62,731 bases of DNA from Deltaproteobacteria bacterium (GTDB taxonomy: Bacteria; Myxococcota_A; UBA796; JAFGLY01): the NCBI GenBank assembly GCA_041309225.1, contig JBFYZZ010000078.1, positions 1-62,731 of the forward strand, written 5' to 3'. Below are positions 48,319 to 56,898 of this stretch, piece after piece; position 1 is the first letter of the stretch, and each line of letters starts with the position of its first letter. The notes beneath the pieces are model-generated. The model was not told the DNA's origin, searched no databases, and saw only the letters and a list, made by a program, of their open reading frames with translations. The position numbers were made by a program, and so were the translations under genes.

Positions 48319-48392
48319 TCGGGCTCCCTGCACTCCGTATACTCGTCTGTCCGGACGTGGCCCGACGGGGCTGTCCGGACACCGGAGGCCCC

Positions 48393-50198
48393 GTGAGAAA
48401 AGCCGTCTTCTTCTGCCAGGTCGGCGACGAGACCCCGCTGAACGTGGACTCGGTCGCGAAGTACGCTTCCAACCTCCCGGGTGTGGAGCACGTGGAGGTG
48501 CTCGGCATCCGTCCGTCCCTGGACCCCACGCGGATCGCCGAGCGGATCCGGACCGTCCGGCTGGACCGGCTCGTGATCGCGGGCGACCAGCCCGGCTTCT
48601 TCAAGCCGGCCTTCACCCGCGCCATGGACCTCGCCAGCTGCTCGCCCCTGGAGGTCTTCCTCGCGCCCTTCGCGGCGTGGGGCGCCCCCGCCGAGGACGC
48701 CACCGAGCGGGCCAAGGCCATCGTGGCGTGCGCGTGCCAGGGCGTGCCCTTCACCCTGGCCGCCGTCCCGGCGTCCACGCCCGTCCACCCCGCCACCCTC
48801 GTCATCGGGGGCGGCGTGGCGGGGATCCAGGCGGCGCTCGAGATCGCCGACGCCGGCAAGCAGGTGCACCTCGTCGAGCGCACCGGCACGCTGGGCGGTC
48901 ACATGGCGATGTTCGACAAGACCTTCCCGACGCTCGACTGCGCGGCCTGCATCCTCACCCCCAAGATGGTGGCGGTGGGCCAGCACCCGATGATCAACCT
49001 CATGTCCTGGTCCGACGTGGAGGAGGTCTCGGGGACCCCCGGCGCCTACAAGGTCCGCATCCTACGGAAGGCCCGGAGGGTGGACGTCTCGGCCTGCGTG
49101 GCCTGCGGGATCTGCGCCGAGGTCTGCCCCGTGACCGTGCCGAGCGAGTTCGACGCCGGCATCTCCACGCGGAAGGCCGTGTACGTCCCCTTCCCCCAGG
49201 CGGTCCCGAACGCCTACCTGGTGGATCCGGCCTCCTGCACCTGGGTCCTGAGCGGGGGCCAGAAGTGTGGCGCCTGTGCGCGCAAGTGCCCCAAGGACTG
49301 CATCGACCTGAGCGAGAAGGACCGCGTAGAGGAGGTGGAGGTGGGGAGCATCATCCTGGCCACGGGCTACGAGGTCTTCGACGCGAAGCGGATCGAACGG
49401 TACGGCTACGGCGTCCTGCCCAACGTGCTCACGGCCCTCGAGTTCGAGCGGCTCACCAACGCGTCCGGGCCGACCGGCGGCCGCATCGTCACGCGCACGA
49501 AGCGGTACAACAAGCGCACCAAGCGGGACGAGTGGGTGTTCCAGGCCGACGGGCCCAGCCCGCGGAGCGTGGCCATCATCCACTGCGTCGGATCGCGGGA
49601 CAGCGCCTACAACGCATACTGCTCTCGCGTCTGCTGCATGTACTCCCTCAAGTTCGCCCACCTGGTGCGGGAGAAGCTGCCCGAGGCCGCGTGCTACGAG
49701 TTCTACATCGACATGCGGGCCTTCGGGAAGGGCTACGAGGAGTTCGCCGAGCGCATCAAGGCGGAGGGGACCCACGTGGTCCGGGGTCGCACCGCCTCGG
49801 TCCAGATGGTGGGGGAGGAGATGGTGGTCCGCGGTGAGGACATCCTCGAGGACCGCCTGCTCGAGTTCCCCGTGGACATGGTGATCCTCGCCGTGGGGCT
49901 CGTGCCGGCCTCGGGCACGGACGAGCTGGCGCGTACGCTCGAGGTGCAGCGCGATCCCGACGGCTGGTTCGCCGAATTCGACTACGACGGCAATCCCACC
50001 GAGACCCAGCGCGGGGGGGTGTACGTGGCCGGGATGTGCCAGGGCCCGAAGGACATCCCCGACACCGTGGCCCAGGCCTCGGCCGCCGCGGCCGGCGTCC
50101 TGAGGGCCATCTCCTCCGGGCGGGGCACCGGGTCCCTGTCCAGCCTCTCGCTGTCGGTCATCGAGGCGAGGGCCAGGACCCTCGCGCGGTCCACCTGA
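48393..50198 (+). CDS. HdrA/QmoA-like flavoprotein (keeps DCAAC motif, degenerate N-terminal Cys domain)
   Basis: Part of ORF 48300..50198, GTG 48393. [16 protein letters not shown] and FPTLDCAACILTPKMV present. The N-domain has lost 3 of its 4 Cys (FFCQVGDE / VLGIRPS / VIAGDQP). Ferredoxin motifs CVACGICAEVCP and CGACARKCP. Confidence 0.8.
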   Translation: MRKAVFFCQVGDETPLNVDSVAKYASNLPGVEHVEVLGIRPSLDPTRIAERIRTVRLDRLVIAGDQPGFFKPAFTRAMDLASCSPLEVFLAPFAAWGAPAEDATERAKAIVACACQGVPFTLAAVPASTPVHPATLVIGGGVAGIQAALEIADAGKQVHLVERTGTLGGHMAMFDKTFPTLDCAACILTPKMVAVGQHPMINLMSWSDVEEVSGTPGAYKVRILRKARRVDVSACVACGICAEVCPVTVPSEFDAGISTRKAVYVPFPQAVPNAYLVDPASCTWVLSGGQKCGACARKCPKDCIDLSEKDRVEEVEVGSIILATGYEVFDAKRIERYGYGVLPNVLTALEFERLTNASGPTGGRIVTRTKRYNKRTKRDEWVFQADGPSPRSVAIIHCVGSRDSAYNAYCSRVCCMYSLKFAHLVREKLPEAACYEFYIDMRAFGKGYEEFAERIKAEGTHVVRGRTASVQMVGEEMVVRGEDILEDRLLEFPVDMVILAVGLVPASGTDELARTLEVQRDPDGWFAEFDYDGNPTETQRGGVYVAGMCQGPKDIPDTVAQASAAAAGVLRAISSGRGTGSLSSLSLSVIEARARTLARST

Positions 50199-50199
50199 G

Positions 50200-51357
50200 G
50201 TGCACATGGCCATCCGCGTCAATCCCCTCCTCATCGACGACCTCGAACGGTACGGCGCCGAGGACGTCCAGAAGTGCTACCACTGCGGCAACTGCTCGGC
50301 GGTCTGCCCGCACACCGACGAGACCTTCCTCTTCCCCCGCCGCTCCATGCGCCTCCTGCAGATGGGGCTCGAGCGGCGGATCGAGGGGTCGCTCGAGCCC
50401 TGGCTCTGCTACTACTGTGGCCAGTGCTCCGACCAGTGCCCGCGCGACGCCGAGCCGGGCGAGACCATGATGAGCCTCCGCCGCTGGCTCACGTCCCGCT
50501 ACGACTTCACCGGCATCTCCAGGCTCTTCTACCGCTCCCCGAAGGCCGAGGTCCTGGCCATGGCCGGCCTGGGGCTCGCCGTGGGCATCGGCCTGGTGGC
50601 CTGGGGGCTGGGCACGGGCGGTGACATCCGCATCTACGACGGCCCGGGCGCGTTCCTCAGGAGCGAGCACGTCCATCGCTTCGACTGGGGGATGGCCGCG
50701 GTGCTCGTGGGCCTCCTGGGCACCAACGCCGTCCGGATGTGGTGGTTCACCATGTACCGGGACAAGGAGTCCCGGGTCCCGCTCTCCCTCTACATCAAGC
50801 ACGTCCTCACGCTGCCCTACCAGTTCTTCACCCAGAAGCGGTATGCCGAGTGCGGCGAACGGAAGCCCTGGCTGCTCCACCTGGGCCTGATGCTCTCCTA
50901 CCTCACGATGCTCGTGCTCATCATGTTCTTCCTGGGCACGATGCAGAGCGACACGTGGCACTGGCAGGCCCACGCGTTCGGCTACCTGGCCACGGTGGGG
51001 CTGCTGGGGGCCACCGCCTGGATGATCCGGGGCCGCGTTCGGAAGCAGACGCCGCTCCACCGCCATTCGCACGAGTCCGACTGGGTGTTCCTGGTCCAAC
51101 TCTTCGCGGTGGCCTTCACCGGCATCCTCCAGCACGTCCTCCACCGCGCGGGCCAGCCGCTGGCCGGGAACGTCGTCTACGTGATCCACATGATGGTGGC
51201 GGTGCCGATGCTGGTCCTCGAGGTGCCCTTCAGCAAGTGGGCCCACCTCGTCTACCGGCCTCTCGCCATGTACTTCGCGGCCATGCGTCGCGAGGTGCTG
51301 CGGGCGCGGGCCCCCGCCCCCCTCCCTGCCGGCGCTCGGCGCGTCCAGGCGGCCTGA
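50200..51357 (+). CDS. QmoC/HdrE-like subunit: N-terminal 2x[4Fe-4S] HdrC-like domain fused to a multi-TM cytochrome-b-type membrane domain
   Basis: ORF 50200..51357. Motifs CYHCGNCSAVCP and CYYCGQCSDQCP. About 5-6 hydrophobic helices follow, carrying several His (HVHRFDWG, HLGLMLSY, HWQAHAFGY, LQHVLH, VIHMMV). Confidence 0.75.
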   Translation: MHMAIRVNPLLIDDLERYGAEDVQKCYHCGNCSAVCPHTDETFLFPRRSMRLLQMGLERRIEGSLEPWLCYYCGQCSDQCPRDAEPGETMMSLRRWLTSRYDFTGISRLFYRSPKAEVLAMAGLGLAVGIGLVAWGLGTGGDIRIYDGPGAFLRSEHVHRFDWGMAAVLVGLLGTNAVRMWWFTMYRDKESRVPLSLYIKHVLTLPYQFFTQKRYAECGERKPWLLHLGLMLSYLTMLVLIMFFLGTMQSDTWHWQAHAFGYLATVGLLGATAWMIRGRVRKQTPLHRHSHESDWVFLVQLFAVAFTGILQHVLHRAGQPLAGNVVYVIHMMVAVPMLVLEVPFSKWAHLVYRPLAMYFAAMRREVLRARAPAPLPAGARRVQAA

Positions 51358-51368
51358 CAGGAGCTCCC

Positions 51369-53093
51369 ATGCAGAGCTGCAAGATCGGCGTCTACATCTG
51401 CCAGTGCGGGACCAACATCGCCAAGATGGTCGACTGCGAGGCCCTGGTGGCGTTCGCGGAAACCCTTCCGGAGGTGGCCCTCGCCAAGACCTACAAGTAC
51501 ATGTGCTCCAACCCGGGTCAGGACATGATCGTCCAGGACATCCAGGCCAACGGGCTGGACCGGGTGGTGGTGGCGGCCTGCAGCCCCCGGATGCACGAGC
51601 GGACGTTCCGGAACGCGCTCCAGGTGGCGGGCCTGAACCCGTACTTCTTCGAGATGGCCAACATCCGGGAGCACTGCTCCTGGGTCCACGACGACCCGGT
51701 GGCGGCCACCCAGAAGGCCAAGGCCCTCGTGCGGGGCGCCGTGCTCCGGGTGGCTCGGCACGAGGCGCTCGAGCGCAAGACCGTGGACATGTGCCCCGAG
51801 GTGCTCGTCATCGGGGGCGGGATCGCCGGCCTCACCGCTGCCCTCGACATCGCCGACGCCGGCCACCGCGTGCACCTGGTCGAGCGGCAGGGCTCGCTGG
51901 GGGGGAACCTCGCGCGGATCGACCTCACCGCACCCTTCCTCAACGCGGCGCGGGACCTCCTCACGGAGCGCATCACCCGGGTCACCGAGAGCGAACGGAT
52001 CGACGTGATGCTCCACTCCCGGGTGGTGAACCTCGATGGGTTCATCGGGAACTACCGGGCCACGGTGGAGGTCCGCGACGCCGACGGCCTGCCACGAAAG
52101 ACCGAGTTCCTCGTCGGCAACGTGATCGTCGCCACCGGCTACCAGGAGTTCGAGGCCAGCCGGATCACCCACTACGGGTACGGCAAGCTCCCCAACGTGG
52201 TCACCTCGTTCGAGTTCGAGCTGATGCTCCGCCACGGGCGGATCCAGATGGCGGACGGCCACCTCCCCCGGTTCGTGAGCATCATCCACTGCGTGGGCAG
52301 CCGCAGCCAGGAGTTCCATGGCTACTGCTCCCGCGTCTGCTGCATGACCGCCCTGAAGTACGCCCACGAGGTCCGGTCCGCCATCCCCGGCTGCCACGTG
52401 TCCGACATCTACATCGACATGCATGCGTTCGGGAAGGGCCACGAGGACTTCTACCGAAGGTCGTCCGAGGTGAAGACCCTGTTCCTCATGTACCGGAAGG
52501 GGGACCGGCCGGTCATCCGCCGGGCGGATCCGGGCGACACCTGCGACATGCTGATCGAGGTGAACGAGCAGCTCTCCGGCGAGACCATCGAGATCCCGGC
52601 CGACCTGGTGGTCCTCATGGTGGGGATGGAGGCCCGCTCCGACGCCCACGAGGTGGCCCGCCTCGTGAACATCAGCCAGGACAAGGAGGGCTGGTTCATC
52701 GAGAGCCATCCCAAGCTCGACCCGGTGGCCACCACCACCGACGGCGTCTACATCGCGGGCACCTGCGCGGCGCCCAAGGACATCCCCGACAACGTGGCCC
52801 AGGCCCGGGCGTCGGCCGCCCGGATCCTGGCCAAGGTGGCGCGGGGCAGGATCGAGGTGGACGCCGTGTACGCCGAGGTGGACGAGGCCCGCTGCTCGGG
52901 CTGCCGCATCTGCAACGACCTGTGCCCCTACAGCGCCATCGAGTTCGACGCCGTCAAGAAGGTCAGCCGCGTCATCAGCGCGGTGTGCAAGGCCTGCGGG
53001 GCCTGCGGGGCGGCCTGCCCGTCCGGCGCCATCAAGGCGCGCCACTTCACCGACGCCCAGATCTTCGCCCAGATCGAGGGGGTACTGCTATGA
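51369..53093 (+). CDS. HdrA/QmoB-like flavoprotein (intact N-terminal Cys domain, lacks the DCxxC motif)
   Basis: Part of ORF 50739..53093. Motifs ICQCGTNIA / YMCSNPG / VAACSP and [16 protein letters not shown]. The DCxxC position reads GGNLARIDLTAPF. C-terminal motifs CSGCRICNDLCP and CKACGACGAACP. Confidence 0.8.
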   Translation: MQSCKIGVYICQCGTNIAKMVDCEALVAFAETLPEVALAKTYKYMCSNPGQDMIVQDIQANGLDRVVVAACSPRMHERTFRNALQVAGLNPYFFEMANIREHCSWVHDDPVAATQKAKALVRGAVLRVARHEALERKTVDMCPEVLVIGGGIAGLTAALDIADAGHRVHLVERQGSLGGNLARIDLTAPFLNAARDLLTERITRVTESERIDVMLHSRVVNLDGFIGNYRATVEVRDADGLPRKTEFLVGNVIVATGYQEFEASRITHYGYGKLPNVVTSFEFELMLRHGRIQMADGHLPRFVSIIHCVGSRSQEFHGYCSRVCCMTALKYAHEVRSAIPGCHVSDIYIDMHAFGKGHEDFYRRSSEVKTLFLMYRKGDRPVIRRADPGDTCDMLIEVNEQLSGETIEIPADLVVLMVGMEARSDAHEVARLVNISQDKEGWFIESHPKLDPVATTTDGVYIAGTCAAPKDIPDNVAQARASAARILAKVARGRIEVDAVYAEVDEARCSGCRICNDLCPYSAIEFDAVKKVSRVISAVCKACGACGAACPSGAIKARHFTDAQIFAQIEGVLL

Positions 53094-53524
53094 GCTTCGA
53101 GCCCAGGATCGTCGGCTTCCTGTGCAACTGGTGCTCGTACACGGGAGCCGACCTCGCCGGCACGAGCCGCATCCACTACCCGCCGAACGTCCACATCATC
53201 CGGGTGATGTGCTCGGCCCGCATCGATCCCACCTTCGTGCTCAAGGCGCTCGCCCAGGGGGCCGACGGGGTGCTCGTGTGCGGCTGCCACCCGGGCGACT
53301 GCCACTACACCGACGGCAACTACAAGGCCATGCGGCGCTTCCCGCTCCTCAAGCGGGTGCTCGACGCCTACGGCCTGGAGAAGGACCGCGTGCGCCTGGA
53401 GTGGGTCAGCGCGAGCGAGGGGCAGCGGTTCGCCGACGTGGTGAGCGACATGACCGAGCGGATCCGCCCGCTGGGGCCGTGCCGCATCCGTCCCGGCTTG
53501 CAGGCCGACATGGCCGAGAGGTGA
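53090..53524 (+). CDS. mvhD: MvhD-like [2Fe-2S] subunit
   Basis: Part of ORF 51404..53524, with ATGA overlap. Motifs LCNWCSYTGADLAG, VMCSAR, VCGCHPGDCHY and LEWVSASEG. Confidence 0.85.
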   Translation: MSFEPRIVGFLCNWCSYTGADLAGTSRIHYPPNVHIIRVMCSARIDPTFVLKALAQGADGVLVCGCHPGDCHYTDGNYKAMRRFPLLKRVLDAYGLEKDRVRLEWVSASEGQRFADVVSDMTERIRPLGPCRIRPGLQADMAER

Positions 53525-53527
53525 GGC

Positions 53528-54496
53528 ATGAGTGAGACGAAAAAGCTCCAGATCGCCCTCTACTGGGGCGCCGCCTGCGGTGGCTGCGACGTGGCGGTCC
53601 TCGACACCGACGCATTCATCCTGGACGTGGCCGCGCTGGCCGACATCCGCCTCTGGCCCATCGCTGTGGACGGCAAGTACGCCGACATCGAGGCGCTGGC
53701 GGACGGCGAGCTCGACGTCGCGTTCTTCAACGGCGCGGTCCGGAACAGCGAGAACGAGCACATCGCCCGCCTCCTCAGGCAGAAGAGCCGGATCCTGGTG
53801 GCCTTCGGATCCTGCGCCCACCTGGGCGGCATCCCCGGCCTGGCCAACTTCTTCACACGCGACGAGATCATCCGCACTGCCTACCTCGACAACCCGTCCA
53901 TCGAGCCGGGCAACCGGACGGTCCCCACCCCCGAGACGCGTGTGAACGGCCACACGCTCGACATCCCGAAGTTCTACCAGCGAGTCTTCCCGCTCGAAGC
54001 GGTGGTCCCGGTCGACTACTTCCTTCCGGGCTGCCCGCCGGCCCCCGACCAGGTCCGGGCGGCCATCCTGGCCATCGCCACCGGCAACCTCCCGGCGCGC
54101 GGCTCGGTGGTGGGCGCCTCCGAGCGGGCCGTGTGCGAGGACTGCAAGCGGGAGAAGAGCGAGAAGAAGATCGGGCGGTTCTACCGGCCGTGGGAGATCA
54201 TCCAGGATCCGACGAAGTGCCTCCTCGAGCAGGGCATCGTCTGCCTGGGGCCGGCCACGCGCTCGGGCTGTGGGGTGCGCTGCCCGAACACGGGGCAGGG
54301 CTGTCGGGGCTGCTACGGACCCCTTCCCGGCGTCGTGGACCAGGGGGCCAAGGTGATCTCCTCCCTGGCCTCCGTCATCGACAGCCGGGATCCCGAGGAG
54401 ATCGAACGGATTCTGGACGGAATCCCGGATTTCACGGCCATCGCCTACCGCTTCGGACTCCCCGCTTCGCTGCTCCAGAGGAGGATTCGGGCATGA
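53528..54496 (+). CDS. mvhG: [NiFe] hydrogenase small subunit (second Mvh/group-3c-like copy)
   Basis: ORF 53528..54496. Motifs LYWGAACGGCDVAVLD, AFGSCAHLGGIP and GCPP. C-terminal clusters CEDCKREK, CLLEQGIVCLGPATRSGCGVRC and CRGCYGP. Confidence 0.85.
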   Translation: MSETKKLQIALYWGAACGGCDVAVLDTDAFILDVAALADIRLWPIAVDGKYADIEALADGELDVAFFNGAVRNSENEHIARLLRQKSRILVAFGSCAHLGGIPGLANFFTRDEIIRTAYLDNPSIEPGNRTVPTPETRVNGHTLDIPKFYQRVFPLEAVVPVDYFLPGCPPAPDQVRAAILAIATGNLPARGSVVGASERAVCEDCKREKSEKKIGRFYRPWEIIQDPTKCLLEQGIVCLGPATRSGCGVRCPNTGQGCRGCYGPLPGVVDQGAKVISSLASVIDSRDPEEIERILDGIPDFTAIAYRFGLPASLLQRRIRA

Positions 54497-55959
54497 CCCG
54501 GACCATCAGCATCGACCCGATCACCCGCCTCGAGGGGCACGGCAAGATCGAGATCTTCCTCGACGACGAGGGTGCCGTCGAGGACTGCTACTTCCAGATC
54601 CCGGAGCTGAGGGGCTTCGAGCGGTTCGTGGTGGGCCGTCCCCTCGAGGAGCTGCCCCGCATCGTCACGCGCATCTGCGGTGTCTGCCCCGCCAGCCACC
54701 ACATGGCCAGCGCCAAGGCCGTGGACGCCTGCTTCGGCGACGAGTGCCCCCCCGTGGCCCACAAGCTGCGGGACATGTACTACCACGCCCACTACATCCA
54801 CAGTCACATCGCCCACTTCTACGCCCTCGCCGCCCCCGACTTCGTCTGCGGACCCGACGCCGATCCCGCGATCCGGAACATCCTCGGCGTGGTGGCGAAG
54901 GTGGGGCTCGAGATCGGCGGCCGCGTGATCCAGGCGCGGTCTCTCGCCCAGCGGATCCAGGCCATCCTGGGCGGGCGGACCACCCACCTGGTCTGGTGCC
55001 TCCCCGGAGGCGTGGCCAAGGGACTCTCCGCCCAGGAGCTGGAGGAGATCAAGCCCATGGTGAAGGAGCTCGGCGCCTTCGCCGACTTCTCCCTCCACCT
55101 CTTCCGCCAGGTCGTGTTGGGCAACGCCCAGTACGTGGACCTCATCCTGAACGGCCCCTACACGCTCGACGTGCACAACATGGGGCTCGTGGACCGCGAC
55201 CTGGCGGTCACGTTCTACGACGGGGACGTCCGGGTCGTGGACTTCCTGGGCCGGGAGATCTGCCGCTACCCGCCCCGGGCCTACGCCGAGCACGTGGCGG
55301 AGCACGTCGAGCCCTGGTCCTACCTCAAGTTCCCCTACCTGAAGAAGCGTGGATGGAAGGGGTTCACGGAGGGCCTGGACTCCAGCCTCTACTGCGCCAC
55401 GCCGCTCTCGCGCCTCAACGTGGCCGAGCGCATGGCCACGCCGCGCGCCCAGGAGGCCCGGGAGGAGATGTACGCCACGCTCGGCGGGCGTCCCTGCCGC
55501 GCCCTCCTCGCCAACCACTGGGCCCGGCTCGTGGAGATGGTGCAGAACGCCGAGATGCTGGAGCGGTACTGCGCGGACCCCGAGATCACGAGCGACCGGT
55601 TCCGCGTGGTGCCCAGCCGCATCACCGGGGAGGGCGTGGGGATCGTCGAGGCCATGCGCGGGACGCTCACGCACCACTACACCTGCGACGAGAACGGCAT
55701 CTGCACCAGCGCGAACCTGATCGTGGGGACCACCAACAACAACGGGCCGATCCACATGGTCACGAAGAAGGTGGCCCAGGCCATGATCCAGCCCGGGAAG
55801 GACCCCGATCCGGCGATCCTCAACATGATCGAGATGGCCTTCCGGGCGTTCGATCCTTGCTTCTCGTGCGCGACCCATAGCCTTCCCGGACAGATGCCGC
55901 TCGAGGTCCAGGTCTGGAAGGGCGGCGAGCGGACCTGGCACGCGAAGCGCGGCCCCTAG
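54493..55959 (+). CDS. mvhA: [NiFe] hydrogenase large subunit (second Mvh/group-3c-like copy)
   Basis: Part of ORF 54133..55959, with ATGA overlap. Motifs [18 protein letters not shown] and DPCFSCATH. 488 aa, the same length as the first copy. Confidence 0.9.
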   Translation: MTRTISIDPITRLEGHGKIEIFLDDEGAVEDCYFQIPELRGFERFVVGRPLEELPRIVTRICGVCPASHHMASAKAVDACFGDECPPVAHKLRDMYYHAHYIHSHIAHFYALAAPDFVCGPDADPAIRNILGVVAKVGLEIGGRVIQARSLAQRIQAILGGRTTHLVWCLPGGVAKGLSAQELEEIKPMVKELGAFADFSLHLFRQVVLGNAQYVDLILNGPYTLDVHNMGLVDRDLAVTFYDGDVRVVDFLGREICRYPPRAYAEHVAEHVEPWSYLKFPYLKKRGWKGFTEGLDSSLYCATPLSRLNVAERMATPRAQEAREEMYATLGGRPCRALLANHWARLVEMVQNAEMLERYCADPEITSDRFRVVPSRITGEGVGIVEAMRGTLTHHYTCDENGICTSANLIVGTTNNNGPIHMVTKKVAQAMIQPGKDPDPAILNMIEMAFRAFDPCFSCATHSLPGQMPLEVQVWKGGERTWHAKRGP

Positions 55960-55965
55960 GACGCC

Positions 55966-56514
55966 ATGCCCGACAGCCGCCCGCCGCGCATCCTCGTCCT
56001 CGGCATGGGCAACCCCATCCTCTCGGACGACGCGGTGGGCATCCGCCTCGCACGCGCGATGGGCGCCCGGTGGGGGGCCCGACCCGACCTGGACGTGGTG
56101 GAGGAGTGTTCGGTGGGCGGCCTCGAGATCCTGGACGTCCTGGGCGGGTACGACCGCGTGGTGGTGCTCGACGCCATTCGCACGCGGGGCGGGATACCGG
56201 GCGCCTGGTACCGGTTCACCGCAGAGGCACTCCGGGAGACCCGCAACCTGCGCAACGTCCACGACGTCAACTTCGCCACGGCACTCGCCCTGGGCCGCGC
56301 CCTCGGCCTCCATCTGCCCCCCGACGACGAGATCCACGTGTTCGCCGTCGAGATCGAAGACGACCTCACCTTCTCCGAGCGCATGACCGAGGCGCTCGAG
56401 GCTGCCTGGTCACGGTTCTCCAGCGAGATCCTGACCGCCGCCCGCGATCTCATGGAGCCCGGGGCTCCCCACCCGAAGGAGGCCGACCATGGCCCATGTA
56501 CTCCTGGTCGATGA
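55966..56514 (+). CDS. Hydrogenase maturation endopeptidase (second copy)
   Basis: ORF 55966..56514. Contains ILVLGMGNPILSDDAVG. The 3' end overlaps the next gene by 26 nt. Confidence 0.8.
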   Translation: MPDSRPPRILVLGMGNPILSDDAVGIRLARAMGARWGARPDLDVVEECSVGGLEILDVLGGYDRVVVLDAIRTRGGIPGAWYRFTAEALRETRNLRNVHDVNFATALALGRALGLHLPPDDEIHVFAVEIEDDLTFSERMTEALEAAWSRFSSEILTAARDLMEPGAPHPKEADHGPCTPGR

Positions 56515-56881
56515 CGACGCGGACCTCCTGGCCGCGAACCGGACGTTCCTCGAGGGATTCGGGCATCGCGTGAGCACCGCCCGAAGCGGGCAGGAGGCCT
56601 GGGATCGCCTGGCCGAACTCGCGCCCGACGTGCTCGTCCTCGACTGCATGATGGAGGAGTTCACCTCCGGGTTCGAACTCGCCCAGGACATCGCCCGCGT
56701 GCACCCCCGCCTCCCCATCGTCATGCTCACCGCCGTGGGCGAGCAGATGAGCCGGGCCTGGCGGTTCAGCCCCGAGGCCGACGGCCACTGGCTGCCCGTG
56801 ACCCGATTCCTGGAGAAGCCGGTGTCCCCCGAGGCCCTCGACCGGGAGATCCGGGCCGTGCTGGCCCAGGCGGGTGGCTAG
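56489..56881 (+). CDS. Stand-alone response-regulator receiver domain (CheY-like)
   Basis: ORF 56489..56881. Motifs VLLVDDD, DVLVLDCMM (phospho-acceptor Asp context), MLTA and FLEKP. Confidence 0.8.
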   Translation: MAHVLLVDDDADLLAANRTFLEGFGHRVSTARSGQEAWDRLAELAPDVLVLDCMMEEFTSGFELAQDIARVHPRLPIVMLTAVGEQMSRAWRFSPEADGHWLPVTRFLEKPVSPEALDREIRAVLAQAGG

Positions 56882-56898
56882 CGCCGCCGGGATCGCCC

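Noticed and set aside
41414-56514. Interpretation of the locus as a fragment of a methanogen or ANME archaeal genome
   Set aside because: The flanking and interspersed genes are bacterial in style: many lipobox lipoproteins, an NtrC-type sigma-54 activator, a bacterial-type SECIS immediately 3' of the UGA rather than in the 3'-UTR, and a Hanks kinase/FHA/cyclase pair. No methanogenesis marker genes are present in the window.
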